DNA from: Minisyncoccia bacterium
GTDB lineage: Bacteria > Patescibacteriota > Minisyncoccia > UBA6257 > 2-01-FULL-56-20
Assembly: GCA_050008535.1 (NCBI GenBank)
Contig: JBEKML010000001.1
Location: 260,633-324,632 of the forward strand
Reading direction: 5' to 3'
DNA length: 64,000 nt
Within the stretch, counting starts at the first letter, position 1. Each line of letters begins with the position of its first letter. Of the stretch, positions 18,972-29,341 are shown piece by piece. The notes below the pieces were generated by a model that worked only from the letters and a program-made list of their open reading frames with translations, searched no databases and was not told where the DNA came from. The translations under genes were made by a program, and so were the position numbers.

Positions 18972-21554
18972 ATGATATCACGAAAGAAAAAGAACGTCCG
19001 CCTCCCGGCGCATATCGTTCCCATGCGGTACGACATTACCTTAAAGCCGGATCTTGAAGCGTTCACTTTCGAGGGAAAAGAAACCATCCATCTTTCTTTA
19101 AAAAAAGCGGCCAAGAAGATCACATTGCACTCGAAGGAGCTCGATATACGATCCGCGGAGATCGTGAGGGACGCCGGAAAAGGATCCGCGAAAGAATTCG
19201 CGTTGCGGATCAGCTATGACGAAAAAGCGGAGACCGCCACATTCGCTTTTCCAAGAAAGATACCGCGCGGCGATCTTGAATTGCGGCTCATCTTCAGCGG
19301 AATATTAAACGACAAAATGCGCGGTTTTTACCGGAGCCGGTACGAGGTCCGCGGCAAAACCCGCCACTTGGCCACTACGCAATTTGAGGCAACCGATGCG
19401 CGGCGCGCCTTTCCTTGTTTTGACGAGCCCGCCCTGAAGGCCAAGTTTGATGTCACTCTCGTTGTTCCGGAGGAGAGCACCGCTATTTCAAACACCCTGC
19501 CCGTCGCGATAAGCGAGCACGAGGGGGGTTATAAGGTGGTCAAGTTCGCCACGACGCCCGCGATGTCCACCTATCTTCTGGCTTTCATCGTCGGTGATTT
19601 TGAATCAATAGAAAAGAAAACAAAGGAAGGAGTGCTCGTGCGTGTGTGGACGACGCCCGGCAAAAAACACCAGGCGGCGTTCGCGCTTGATTGCGCCGTA
19701 CGGACCCTTTCGTTTTTCGGCGGATATTTCGATATTCCCTATCCCTTGCCCGTTCTTGACCTCATTGCCATTCCCGATTTTGCCGCCTTTGCGATGGAGA
19801 ACTGGGGCGCCGTTACCTATCGGGAAATCGCCCTACTTGTTGACCCGGAACATTCTTCGGCGGCTACCAGGCAGCGGGTGGCGATGGTTATTGCTCATGA
19901 ATTGGCGCACCAATGGTTCGGAAATCTGGTGACTATGGAGTGGTGGACGCACCTGTGGCTGAACGAAGGGTTCGCTTCCTATATGGAGTACTTTGCCGTT
20001 GATCGTCTTTTCCCCAAATGGGACACACAGACCCAATTTGTCATAGGGAGGCTCGGCGACGCCCTAATGCTCGACGCACTCATGAACACGCATCCGATCG
20101 AAGTAGACGTGCATCATCCGGATGAAATAGGGGAGATCTTTGATGACATCAGCTATTCAAAGGGGGCAAGCGTTATTCACATGCTTGCAGATTACCTTGG
20201 CAAAAAGGATTTCCGTGACGGCCTTCGCTATTATCTTAAAAAACACAGTTACGCGAACACTTCCACTGTTCATCTTTGGAAGGCGTTCGAAAAAATATCG
20301 GGCAAGCCGGTTACGAAGATGATGAGTGGCTGGACACGAAAGCCCGGCTATCCGCTCCTTACTGTTTCGGAAGGAAAGAACGGCCTCGCGGTGCGCCAAG
20401 AGCGATTCTTTGCGAATCCGGTTTCGAGATCGCGCAGCAAGGCTGCGGGGCCATGGTTCATTCCGGTAAGTGTCATGACGGATCGGCAAAGACAGAAGAA
20501 ACAATTCCTCATGAAAGAGAAAAACATATCCCTCCCAAAATACGGCGGGGCTTGGTTTAAATTGAACGCGGGCGAGGCGGGAGTTTTCCGAACGAGCTAT
20601 CCCGAAAACATTTTGAAGGCATTTAAGGAACCACTTCGAACCGGGCGGTTTGATGCGCGGGACCGCTTGGGCTTGATCCGGGACGTGATGGCGCTTGCGG
20701 GAGCGGGAAAAATCGCCACGACGGACGCTCTAGACTTCGCTGCATTCTATAAAAAGGAAACCGATTATGCCGTTTGGACGGAGTTGGCTTCAGACCTTAA
20801 TACCGTGGCCCTCCTCATCGCGGATGAACCCTGTGCGGAAAATTATCACCGCTTTGCCCGGGATATTTTTGCCGGCATCGCAAAAAAAGTTGGATGGCAG
20901 AAGAAAAGAGGGGAAGACCATCTGCAAACACTCCTGCGCGGCCTCGTTCTCCTCCATTTCGGTATGCATGGCGATCCAGAAACGATCGCCCGCGCGAAAA
21001 AAACGTTCTCCCGTGCGACGCACGTAAAAAATTCCCTTGATCCTGATGTAAGAATGGTGGTCTACGCCATTGTTGCAAGATACGGAGGGCGGAAAGAGCA
21101 GGCGAAACTTATGAAAATGTATAGGTCGGCGGCGCTTCACGAAGAAAAAAACAGGATCGGAAGGGCGCTTGCGGCTTTTAATGATAAAAATTTGCTCAAA
21201 AAAACCCTTTCGTTTTCATTGTCGGGGCATGTTCGGCTGCAAGATGCGGTGGGCATTATTTCTTGGGTGTGGGTCAATCCTGCGGGGAAGGATTTGGCAT
21301 GGTCTTTCGTCAAGGCCAACTGGAAAACATTTTTGGAACGTTACGGCGGGGGGCACGATCTTGCGCATCTCCTCGCTTTGGCTAGCTGTTTCACTTCATT
21401 GAAAAAGGCGAAAGAAATAGAACGATTTTTTAAAAAGAATCCGGCTCCGGGAGCGGCGCGAACCATAGCGCAAGTCCTGGAAAAAATACGTGGGAACGCT
21501 GCCTGGCTCGCGCGCGACCAGAAAGCGATTGAAAAACATTTAACAGAATTTTAA
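18972..21554 (+). CDS. pepN: aminopeptidase N (M1 family)
   Basis: HELAHQWFGNLVT zinc motif plus NEGFASYME, GAMEN-like exopeptidase motif (FAMENWGA), 860 aa. Confidence 0.9.
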   Translation: MISRKKKNVRLPAHIVPMRYDITLKPDLEAFTFEGKETIHLSLKKAAKKITLHSKELDIRSAEIVRDAGKGSAKEFALRISYDEKAETATFAFPRKIPRGDLELRLIFSGILNDKMRGFYRSRYEVRGKTRHLATTQFEATDARRAFPCFDEPALKAKFDVTLVVPEESTAISNTLPVAISEHEGGYKVVKFATTPAMSTYLLAFIVGDFESIEKKTKEGVLVRVWTTPGKKHQAAFALDCAVRTLSFFGGYFDIPYPLPVLDLIAIPDFAAFAMENWGAVTYREIALLVDPEHSSAATRQRVAMVIAHELAHQWFGNLVTMEWWTHLWLNEGFASYMEYFAVDRLFPKWDTQTQFVIGRLGDALMLDALMNTHPIEVDVHHPDEIGEIFDDISYSKGASVIHMLADYLGKKDFRDGLRYYLKKHSYANTSTVHLWKAFEKISGKPVTKMMSGWTRKPGYPLLTVSEGKNGLAVRQERFFANPVSRSRSKAAGPWFIPVSVMTDRQRQKKQFLMKEKNISLPKYGGAWFKLNAGEAGVFRTSYPENILKAFKEPLRTGRFDARDRLGLIRDVMALAGAGKIATTDALDFAAFYKKETDYAVWTELASDLNTVALLIADEPCAENYHRFARDIFAGIAKKVGWQKKRGEDHLQTLLRGLVLLHFGMHGDPETIARAKKTFSRATHVKNSLDPDVRMVVYAIVARYGGRKEQAKLMKMYRSAALHEEKNRIGRALAAFNDKNLLKKTLSFSLSGHVRLQDAVGIISWVWVNPAGKDLAWSFVKANWKTFLERYGGGHDLAHLLALASCFTSLKKAKEIERFFKKNPAPGAARTIAQVLEKIRGNAAWLARDQKAIEKHLTEF

Positions 21555-21578
21555 TGCCCTGCGTGGTACCATGCGGGG

Positions 21579-22712
21579 ATGAAAAATAAAATTATTTCTG
21601 CCGCAACTGCGGCGGCGGTTTTCGTGGTCGGGTCGTGGGGTGTTTTGGGGCCAGTGCGCGTGGCAGATGCCACTTACCACTTCTCCGGATTTTTGGGCAA
21701 GCCGCCGTTGCATATTTTCCGTTCCGCGCAAAAGGCTCCGGCGGGCCTTACGCCCGCAGAGGTAAAAAGAATATATAATATCCCGTCCAAGGGCGGACAG
21801 GGGACTATTGCGATCATTGATGCCTATGACGCGCCGAACGTCGAAAAGGACCTGGCTGTATTCAGCGATACCTATGGGTTGCCCGCGTGCACGACAAAGA
21901 ACGGTTGTTTTGAAAAACATACAATGGTAAGTTCCACGGCCACGAACGGCGGATGGGCATTGGAAGAATCACTTGATGTTGAGTGGGCGCATGCGATCGC
22001 GCCCCAGGCGAAGATATTGCTTGTGGAAGCGAAGACCGCAAGCGGGGCGAATCTGCTCGCCGCGATCGACTACGCGGCCTCAAGGAAAGACGTAGTGGCG
22101 ATTTCCATGAGCTGGGGCGGCGCCGAATTTTCAGAGGAAACATCGCTTGATTCACATCTAGTGAGCAAGTCGGGCGCCGTATTTTTTGCGGCATCCGGCG
22201 ACGACGGCGCGGGCGTTGAATGGCCGGCATCGTCGCCGAACGTGGTAGGCGTCGGTGGCACGTCGCTTGAATTATTTAAAAGCGGCGCTTTTATTTCGGA
22301 ATCGGCGTGGTCGGGAAGCGGCGGCGGCGTGAGCGCCTACGAACCGGAGCCGGACTATCAGAAGGCCTACAGCATCCCGAAGGCGAACGGCCATCGCGCA
22401 GTTCCCGACGTTGCATATAACGCCGATCCACAGTCGGGCTACGCGGTGTATAGAACAACAGGTTCGTCAAAGAACGGATGGTATACGGTTGGCGGCACTT
22501 CTGCCGGAGCGCCGCAATGGGCAGCGATCCACGCGCTCAGCCTTTCAGTTTCTTTGCTGAAGCTCTATGCTGATAAATCATCCGCCGACACGCTCAAATT
22601 TTTCCGCGACATCACAAGCGGCGCGAACGGCACCTGCAAATATTACTGCAATGCCAGGGCGCGGTATGACTACGTGACCGGCCTCGGGGTCCCGCAGACG
22701 GCGGCATTTTGA
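21579..22712 (+). CDS. secreted S8/S53 (subtilase/sedolisin-like) serine peptidase
   Basis: Signal peptide, AIIDAYD (Asp), GGTSAGAPQWAA (Ser) catalytic motifs. Confidence 0.75.
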   Translation: MKNKIISAATAAAVFVVGSWGVLGPVRVADATYHFSGFLGKPPLHIFRSAQKAPAGLTPAEVKRIYNIPSKGGQGTIAIIDAYDAPNVEKDLAVFSDTYGLPACTTKNGCFEKHTMVSSTATNGGWALEESLDVEWAHAIAPQAKILLVEAKTASGANLLAAIDYAASRKDVVAISMSWGGAEFSEETSLDSHLVSKSGAVFFAASGDDGAGVEWPASSPNVVGVGGTSLELFKSGAFISESAWSGSGGGVSAYEPEPDYQKAYSIPKANGHRAVPDVAYNADPQSGYAVYRTTGSSKNGWYTVGGTSAGAPQWAAIHALSLSVSLLKLYADKSSADTLKFFRDITSGANGTCKYYCNARARYDYVTGLGVPQTAAF

Positions 22713-22821
22713 AGCAAATCAGGCAATTTTTTGGGGTTCATAAACGCTTGGAAATTTGGGCAAAAATATGCTAAAATAAGATATCCGTTCGAGCGGGATT
22801 ATTTTTTGAAACGGCCTGAAT

Positions 22822-24891
22822 ATGCCCGAAAAACAAGCGAAAAAAGAGGACAAAAAGGATAATAATAAAGGTAGCGCGTCGTACGCCGCGAAGGATATTT
22901 ACGTCCTTGAAGGGCTTGAGCCCGTGCGCCGCCGGCCGGGAATGTATATCGGTTCCACGGGAACGATCGGCCTGCACCATCTGATCTGGGAGGTGGTGGA
23001 CAATTCCATTGACGAGGCGATGGCCGGACACGCCAAGAACATTGTGGTGGAGCTTTTGCCGGGGAACAAAGTGAGCGTGACGGACGACGGGCGCGGCATC
23101 CCGGTGGATATCCACAAGCAGACGAAAAAATCGGCGCTCGAAACCGTGCTCACCACGCTCCACGCGGGCGGCAAATTCGGCGGCGAATCGTACAAGGTTT
23201 CGGGAGGGTTGCACGGCGTGGGCGTGTCCGTGGTAAACGCGCTTTCCGACTGGCTGAAGGTTGAAGTGGAGCGCGATGGCGGATTGTTCGTTCAGGAATA
23301 TGAGCGCGGAAAGCCGAAATATAAAGTGAAAAAGATCGGCGCTTCCAAGCGGCACGGCACGAAGACCACCTTCTCGCCCGACCCGCAGATTTTTTCCGAA
23401 ATGGGGTTCGACGACAAGACGATTCTGGACCACCTGCGCCAGCAGGCGTATCTCACGAAGGGGGTGCGCATCAGTGTATTTGACCGGCGCGAGAAGGTGC
23501 CGATCTTCTATGGATTTTGTTTTGAAGGAGGACTGCTCTCGTTTGTAAAATTCCTGGCGCAAAAAAAGAATGCGCTTCATGAAGACGTTTTTTATACCGA
23601 CAAGGAGCAAAATAAAGTGGAGGTGGAGGCGGCATTTCTTTTTGTTGACGACACAAAGACCCAGGAAATGAGCTTTGCGAACAATATTTACACGCCGGAC
23701 GGCGGCATGCACCTGACCGGCTTCCGCTCGGCGCTTACCCGTTCTTTGAACGCCTACGCACGCGCCGAAGGTTACCTTAAGGAGAAAGATGAAAATCTTA
23801 CGAGCGACGACGTGCGCGAAGGGCTTATCGCGGTGATCTCCGTGAAGCTCCGCGAGCCGCAGTTCGAGGGTCAGACGAAGGCAAAGCTCGGCAACCCCGA
23901 GGCAAGGACGGGAACGGAGACGGTCATCAATGAGTCCCTGAAAGAATTTTTGGAAAAGCACCCGCAGGAGGCGAAGGCGATCATCGCGAAGGTGCTCTTG
24001 ACCGCGAAGGCGCGGCTCGCGGCGCGGGCGGCGCGCGAGACCGTGCTGCGCAAGGGCGCGTTCGAAGGGCTCACGCTGCCGGGTAAGCTTGCGGATTGCA
24101 TTTCGAAGAGCGCGGCGGAGTCGGAGCTTTTCATCGTGGAGGGCGATTCGGCCGGCGGCACGGCGAAGCAGGGGAGGAATCGCCACACGCAGGCGATCCT
24201 GCCGCTGCGCGGGAAGATCTTGAACGTGGAGCGGGCGCATCTTGATAAGATGCTTGCGAATGCGGAGATCCGCGCGCTCATTGTGGCGATCGGCACGGCG
24301 ATCGGCGAGGAATTCGACTTGAGCAAGCTTCGTTATCACAAAGTCATTATCATGACGGATGCCGACGTGGACGGCGCGCATATCCGGACGCTGCTCCTCA
24401 CGCTCTTCTACCGCTATTTCCGGTCGGTAGTGGATGGCGGGTATTTGTACATCGCCCAGCCGCCGCTCTATCGCGTCCAGCTCGGGAAAGCATTCCGCTA
24501 CGCCTTCTCGGACGCGGAAAAGGACAAAGCGATCGTGGAATTGCAGAAAGAAAAACCGGCGCAAAAATCTTCTTCAAAGAAAAAGACTGCGGCGGCGGAA
24601 GAGGCCGGAATGGAAGCGGCCGAAGGCGAAGGGGCCGTTGCGGAAGGCGAGGGCGACAGCAAGCGTTTGCCGAACATCCAGCGCTACAAAGGCTTGGGAG
24701 AGATGAATGCCGAGCAGCTTTGGGAAACAACGATGAATCCGGAACGCCGCATCATGAAGCAAGTGACCGTTGACGACGCCGAGAAGGCCGATAAGCTTTT
24801 CGATACCCTGATGGGCGATGCCGTAGAGCCGCGCAAGAATTTCATCCAGGCCCACGCGGCGGCCGTGCAGAATCTGGACCTTCAGGCATAA
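22822..24891 (+). CDS. gyrB: DNA gyrase/topoisomerase subunit B, with a K/E/A-rich low-complexity insertion near the C-terminus
   Basis: GHKL ATPase motifs (EVVDNSIDEAMAG, GLHGVG), toprim EGDSAGG, PLRGKILNVE, 689 aa. Confidence 0.9.
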   Translation: MPEKQAKKEDKKDNNKGSASYAAKDIYVLEGLEPVRRRPGMYIGSTGTIGLHHLIWEVVDNSIDEAMAGHAKNIVVELLPGNKVSVTDDGRGIPVDIHKQTKKSALETVLTTLHAGGKFGGESYKVSGGLHGVGVSVVNALSDWLKVEVERDGGLFVQEYERGKPKYKVKKIGASKRHGTKTTFSPDPQIFSEMGFDDKTILDHLRQQAYLTKGVRISVFDRREKVPIFYGFCFEGGLLSFVKFLAQKKNALHEDVFYTDKEQNKVEVEAAFLFVDDTKTQEMSFANNIYTPDGGMHLTGFRSALTRSLNAYARAEGYLKEKDENLTSDDVREGLIAVISVKLREPQFEGQTKAKLGNPEARTGTETVINESLKEFLEKHPQEAKAIIAKVLLTAKARLAARAARETVLRKGAFEGLTLPGKLADCISKSAAESELFIVEGDSAGGTAKQGRNRHTQAILPLRGKILNVERAHLDKMLANAEIRALIVAIGTAIGEEFDLSKLRYHKVIIMTDADVDGAHIRTLLLTLFYRYFRSVVDGGYLYIAQPPLYRVQLGKAFRYAFSDAEKDKAIVELQKEKPAQKSSSKKKTAAAEEAGMEAAEGEGAVAEGEGDSKRLPNIQRYKGLGEMNAEQLWETTMNPERRIMKQVTVDDAEKADKLFDTLMGDAVEPRKNFIQAHAAAVQNLDLQA

Positions 24892-24905
24892 GGTATAATT
24901 GAGGC

Positions 24906-25283
24906 ATGAAACCGTTTCTTAGAATCCTTTTTTTCCTCGCCCTTGCGGGACTTCTTTTTTCCGGCTACTTGAGCGCTGTCAAGCTTTTCTCCGGCTCGTG
25001 CGCTTTCAATGAATCCTGTCCGTATTTCCTCGGCTATCCGGCTTGCTGGTATGGTTTCGCCATGTATCTTTTTATGTTCATTACGGCCAGCCTTGGATTC
25101 GCCGGGAAGATATCGCCCGCCGCTACGCTCAAGGCGAGCGCGGTGGTGTCGTTCATCGGGATACTCTTCGCGGGCAGTTTTGTTGTCCAGGAACTGGTAT
25201 TTTCCACCTGCTTCTACGGCCTTGTTTTTTACATTGCTATTTTTATAACGTCCCTTGTTGGTCTTTTAAGGCGCCATGTATGA
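24906..25283 (+). CDS. small 4-TM membrane protein with a CX6C loop (weakly VKOR-like)
   Basis: 125 aa, hydrophobic, SCAFNESCPYF motif, no CxxC active site. Confidence 0.5.
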   Translation: MKPFLRILFFLALAGLLFSGYLSAVKLFSGSCAFNESCPYFLGYPACWYGFAMYLFMFITASLGFAGKISPAATLKASAVVSFIGILFAGSFVVQELVFSTCFYGLVFYIAIFITSLVGLLRRHV

Positions 25284-26376
25284 GTGGTTCTTAAGGCCGA
25301 TCCTTTTTTGTTTTGATCCGGAGCGCATCCATGATTTTTTTATTTGGGTGGGCGAAACGCTCGGGAATTTTTCTCTCGGACGCCGGCTCACAGGCGTTTT
25401 TTGCGCATATGATCATCCCGCTCTCCATACGCGGGTCTTAGGCATTGATTTCAAGAATCCCGTAGGGCTCGCGGCGGGCTTTGATAAAGATGTTCGCCTC
25501 ACGGAGATCATGCCGTCCGTCGGATTCGGCTTTGTGGAAGTGGGCGCCATAACGCACCATCCCTATGGAGGCAACAAGGGGCTCCGGCTCGCCCGTCTTC
25601 CCGCCGACCAATCGCTTATCGTCTATTATGGCCTCAAAAACATCGGGACCGATGCGGTTCTTCACAAACTGCAGCGGCTGCATTTTTCCATTCCCGTAGG
25701 CGTGAACATTGCAAAAACGAATCGTGCGGACATCAAAGGGGAAAAATCGGTGGAGGATTATGCGGCAACGTATCGTATGCTCGGAAAATATTTTTCCTAT
25801 ATAACCCTGAATGTTTCCTGTCCGAACGCGCAGGACGGATGTATGTTCCAGGACCCGCGCCTTTTGGAAGGCCTCTTAGCCGCGATCGCGAAAGAAAAAA
25901 AGACGTGCCCGGTGCTCCTCAAGATTTCCACACACCTTACCAAGAAGGAGGTGGACGACATTCTTGCGGTCGTTAAGAAATATCCTTTCGTTGATGGGTT
26001 CGTCGTCGGCAACCTTGCGAAGCAGCGCGATATTCTCAATTTAAAATCTTCGCGGGAGCATCTGAACCGCATTCCCGACGGTGGCATTTCGGGAAAGCCC
26101 ATCCGCGAACTTTCCACAAATCTTATCCGGCATATCTACCGCGCGGCCAAAGGAAAATATACGATCATCGGCCTCGGCGGCATCTTTACCGCAGAGGATG
26201 CCTACGAAAAGATCAAAGCCGGCGCATCCCTAGTGCAGATCATCACAGGTCTTATCTACAGAGGGCCCACGGCGGTCAAAAAGATCAACCGGGGGCTTGT
26301 GGAACTCCTCGCGCGCGACGGCTATGCGCACATAGGCGAGGCGGTGGGAAAGGAAGCGCGGGGTAATCTTGCATAA
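25276..26376 (+). CDS. pyrD: dihydroorotate dehydrogenase (quinone), class 2
   Basis: N-terminal membrane-association helix, FMN-binding TIM-barrel motifs (GLGGIFTAEDAYEKIKAGASLVQ). Confidence 0.9.
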   Translation: MYEWFLRPILFCFDPERIHDFFIWVGETLGNFSLGRRLTGVFCAYDHPALHTRVLGIDFKNPVGLAAGFDKDVRLTEIMPSVGFGFVEVGAITHHPYGGNKGLRLARLPADQSLIVYYGLKNIGTDAVLHKLQRLHFSIPVGVNIAKTNRADIKGEKSVEDYAATYRMLGKYFSYITLNVSCPNAQDGCMFQDPRLLEGLLAAIAKEKKTCPVLLKISTHLTKKEVDDILAVVKKYPFVDGFVVGNLAKQRDILNLKSSREHLNRIPDGGISGKPIRELSTNLIRHIYRAAKGKYTIIGLGGIFTAEDAYEKIKAGASLVQIITGLIYRGPTAVKKINRGLVELLARDGYAHIGEAVGKEARGNLA

Positions 26377-26466
26377 AACAGGAGCAGAGGTATACTGGTG
26401 GCAGATAGTGGGTATGCTAGTGATAGCTAGGTGAGCAGACCCCGCTCACCAATCCCTTCTGAGGAC

Positions 26467-26516
26467 GGGGCCTGCGACCACAGTATTTTTCTCACGCAGG
26501 CCCCCTTTTAGTTTTT
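26467..26516 (+). terminator. rho-independent terminator after pyrD
   Basis: GGGGCCTGCG...CGCAGGCCCC 10-bp stem followed by CTTTTAGTTTTT. Confidence 0.7.
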
Positions 26517-26538
26517 GTCGCCATTGTTTTAGAATTTT

Positions 26539-28314
26539 ATGGACCATCCTATGCCAGTCCAAAAACCATCAGCTATCCGGCGCGTCATAGTGCTTCTTAA
26601 GGACCACAAGCTGGCAGCCGCGTTTTTGCTCGTCCTCATCACGATCGCGCAGGGGGCGAACATTGCGGTGCCGTTCATCATAAAAGTTTTGATCGACGCA
26701 CTCACGAATTTTTTGAAGGTCGGCGGCGCTTTGCCGTGGAACGTGCTTATCTACTCAGGGATCGGCATGCTTGCTGCGACCGTTGTAGGCAGCGCTATCC
26801 AATCAAGCTACAATTATCATCTCTTTAAGCTGGTGACCACGGTGGAAGACCGGCTGCGCCACGCCGCGTTTGAAAAATACCTTCAGCTGCATACGCTGTT
26901 CCATCACGGTTCTTCAAGCGGGCAGATCATCGGCCGCATTGAACGTGGCGGCACGTCGGCATACGTCATTCTGAACGACATCGTTGGGCAAAACCTGTTG
27001 CCGCCGCTCATTATCTTTATCGGCTCGTTTGCGGCGCTCCTCTATCAAAACGTCTGGATCGCGCTCGCTATCCTCGTTCCTTTCCCCATCTATTTTTTCG
27101 CGACGCAGCATCTTTCAAACCGGATCTATCTGATCGAACAGCGCGCGAACGATGCGTTTGAAAATGTTTCAAAGGAAATGTATGACGTGGCGGGCAACGT
27201 TCTTACGGTGAAGAAATTTTCGCAGGAAAAAGCCGAAGCGGAACACAAAAAGGGGCTTTTGGCGGCCGCGCGTGAGATACAATACAGCGCCGAGCGGCTT
27301 TGGGGCGTGATAGAGAACGTGCAAGCCGCGATCGCGACCGTGGGCCGCGTGGCGGTCCTTGGCCTTTCCGCATGGTTCGTTTTTAACGGCACGGCGACGA
27401 TCGGCGACTTCGTGCTCTTTATCACGCTGCAAAATATGGCTTACCAGCCGCTTTCACAGCTCTCCATAATTTTCCCGCGCTTGCGCCGCAACGCAACGCG
27501 CGTGGAGCGGATGTTCGCCATTTTGGACGAGCCGGTCAGGGTGACCGATAAAAAGAACGCCCCTTCGCTCCCGCCGCTCAAACGGCAGATCGCCTTCAGG
27601 AATGTTTCATTCGGTTATCGTGACCGCGAGCCCGCGCTCAAGAACATCAATCTTATCATCCCCGCGGGAAAAACCTTCGCGCTCGTGGGACGCTCGGGCA
27701 GCGGGAAGACCACATTCATCAATCTGCTTTTGCGTTCGTTTGACCCGCAGAAGGGGCGCATTTTGATAGACGGCGTTGATATCCGCGATGTGACGCAGGA
27801 AAGCTTGCGGCGGCAGATCGCCGTCGTTCCACAGGAGGTGGATCTTTTCTCGCGGACGGTGGCGCAGAACATCGCTTACGGCCGGCCGACGGTGACGCAA
27901 GCGCAGATTGAAAACGCCGCAAGGACCGCCCTCGCACATGATTTTATTATGAAACTTGAGCACGGTTACGACACGGTCGTCGGCGAACGCGGCATTAAGC
28001 TCTCCGGCGGCGAACGCCAGCGCGTCGGCATTGCCCGCGCCGTGCTCCGCGACCCCCGGATCCTCATTCTTGATGAAGCTACGAGTCATCTGGACACCGA
28101 AAGCGAGCGCCTCATTACCGAAGCAACGAACGCGCTCATTCAAAACCGCACCTCCATTGTGATCGCCCACCGCCTCTCCACCATTTTGAACGCAGACACC
28201 ATCGTCGTGTTCAAAAACAACGAAATTGAGGCAACCGGCAGCCACAAGGAACTTCTCAAAAAGAGCCCCACCTATCGGCGGCTCTATGAGCTGCAGTTCT
28301 CACGGCGGAGATAA
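26539..28314 (+). CDS. ABC exporter, fused permease/ATPase (MsbA/multidrug type)
   Basis: 6-TM N-domain, Walker A GRSGSGKTT, signature LSGGERQRVGIARA, Walker B ILILDEATS. Confidence 0.9.
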   Translation: MDHPMPVQKPSAIRRVIVLLKDHKLAAAFLLVLITIAQGANIAVPFIIKVLIDALTNFLKVGGALPWNVLIYSGIGMLAATVVGSAIQSSYNYHLFKLVTTVEDRLRHAAFEKYLQLHTLFHHGSSSGQIIGRIERGGTSAYVILNDIVGQNLLPPLIIFIGSFAALLYQNVWIALAILVPFPIYFFATQHLSNRIYLIEQRANDAFENVSKEMYDVAGNVLTVKKFSQEKAEAEHKKGLLAAAREIQYSAERLWGVIENVQAAIATVGRVAVLGLSAWFVFNGTATIGDFVLFITLQNMAYQPLSQLSIIFPRLRRNATRVERMFAILDEPVRVTDKKNAPSLPPLKRQIAFRNVSFGYRDREPALKNINLIIPAGKTFALVGRSGSGKTTFINLLLRSFDPQKGRILIDGVDIRDVTQESLRRQIAVVPQEVDLFSRTVAQNIAYGRPTVTQAQIENAARTALAHDFIMKLEHGYDTVVGERGIKLSGGERQRVGIARAVLRDPRILILDEATSHLDTESERLITEATNALIQNRTSIVIAHRLSTILNADTIVVFKNNEIEATGSHKELLKKSPTYRRLYELQFSRRR

Positions 28315-28332
28315 CTTGACTCATGACCCCTG

Positions 28333-28361
28333 TCTTGTTATAAGACTTGTGTATGGGGCAG
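28333..28361 (+). promoter_or_regulatory. promoter TTGACT-17-TATAAG driving a ~140-nt structured leader
   Basis: Sequence match; followed by a GC-rich 5' UTR, then AAAGGAG RBS and ATG at 28498. Confidence 0.4.
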
Positions 28362-28497
28362 CCCCGTGCGGAGTATTGGTAAGACTCCTTAAAGAACTTC
28401 CTGACTGCGCCGGCGCGGTGCGGCAGTGGGAGGCTGTTTAAGCAGTACGGCTTCGACCTCCTTACCAAAACCATTCGCCCCTTGAAAGGAGATTGCG

Positions 28498-28932
28498 ATG
28501 AGAAAAAACTGGTTGCTGTTTCCGGCAAAGTTGTTTGTGGTCTTTTTTTTGCCGTCCCTTTTTACGCTGCTCGTAACACAAGAAGGATGCGGCAGAGAGG
28601 GGGTCTACTTCGGGAGCCGACACGATCGGTTCGCCATTAACCCACTCACGGTGAGGCTGAACGCGTATAAGGTGTGTGAACCCGCTTGGGGTGGTTGGTT
28701 CAATACTTGCCAGGAGCGGCCCGTCGCGGAAGGCAGGTGGTTCTACGAAGAGCTCTTCCTGCGGGCCGAAGGAAAAACGTTCCCGGCGGTAATGTTCCTG
28801 CTCCTGGGGGCACCGCTCATGTTTCTTTTCCGGCCTCGGCGGTGGCAGTGGTTCCTGTACGGTCCCGCGTGGCTGGCGGGACTTCTCCCGGTAATTTGGT
28901 TCTTCTCCACGGCACTCAGCCGTGCGGGATAG
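28498..28932 (+). CDS. hypothetical membrane protein
   Basis: AAAGGAG RBS 7 nt upstream, TM segments at both ends; preferred over the overlapping low-complexity minus ORF. Confidence 0.5.
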   Translation: MRKNWLLFPAKLFVVFFLPSLFTLLVTQEGCGREGVYFGSRHDRFAINPLTVRLNAYKVCEPAWGGWFNTCQERPVAEGRWFYEELFLRAEGKTFPAVMFLLLGAPLMFLFRPRRWQWFLYGPAWLAGLLPVIWFFSTALSRAG

Positions 28933-29043
28933 CAATATCGTCACGCCAGAAATGGCTCGCTGACTAAGTATAGTCTCGCCGACCGAGAACGGTCTTTTTA
29001 ATTAGCGCACAGGCCTGGACGATCTTCGAACGATTTTGATAAT

Positions 29044-29076
29044 GAAAAGCGTCACTCTCTCTGGGTGACGCTTTGG
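29044..29076 (-). terminator. rho-independent terminator for the small gene at 29095-29310
   Basis: AAAGCGTCAC...GTGACGCTTT 10-bp stem followed on the minus strand by a TTTTCATTAT tail. Confidence 0.55.
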
Positions 29077-29094
29077 CGCGGGGCAAGGAAGGCC

Positions 29095-29310
29095 CTAAAC
29101 CGGAACGACGGTGTATCGTCTCCACCACAACCAACCCCTTGAGGTGATTTCGACATCAACACCTGGTTGGACAGCTTCGCCGATGTTTTCTCGATTGGCG
29201 TCGAAGGTGCGCTTGGCGCCCGATTCGAGAACCACCGTGACCTTGTCAAGCGGATACGCGCCACTCCAATCCTGAAAAGGTCTGAATCTGAACAGAACTC
29301 GTCCACGCAT
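29095..29310 (-). CDS. hypothetical small protein (71 aa)
   Basis: MRGRVLFRFRPFQDWSGAYPLDKVTVVLESGAKRTF...; GGGAGGA RBS 7 nt upstream, a consensus promoter upstream and a terminator downstream. The ORF-track start (TTG at 29370) lies inside the -35 box. Confidence 0.6.
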   Translation of the reverse strand: MRGRVLFRFRPFQDWSGAYPLDKVTVVLESGAKRTFDANRENIGEAVQPGVDVEITSRGWLWWRRYTVVPV

Positions 29311-29341
29311 AATGTAGTCCTCCCGACAGCTTCTGTCGGAT

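Noticed and set aside
22771-24564. 597-aa antisense ORF across gyrB
   Set aside because: It overlaps the clearly conserved GyrB frame and is R/L-rich with no motifs; a shadow ORF from GC-rich third positions.
28462-28944. 160-aa minus-strand ORF overlapping the 28498..28932(+) membrane protein
   Set aside because: Low-complexity P/E/R-rich translation without RBS; the plus frame has a strong RBS and TM helices.
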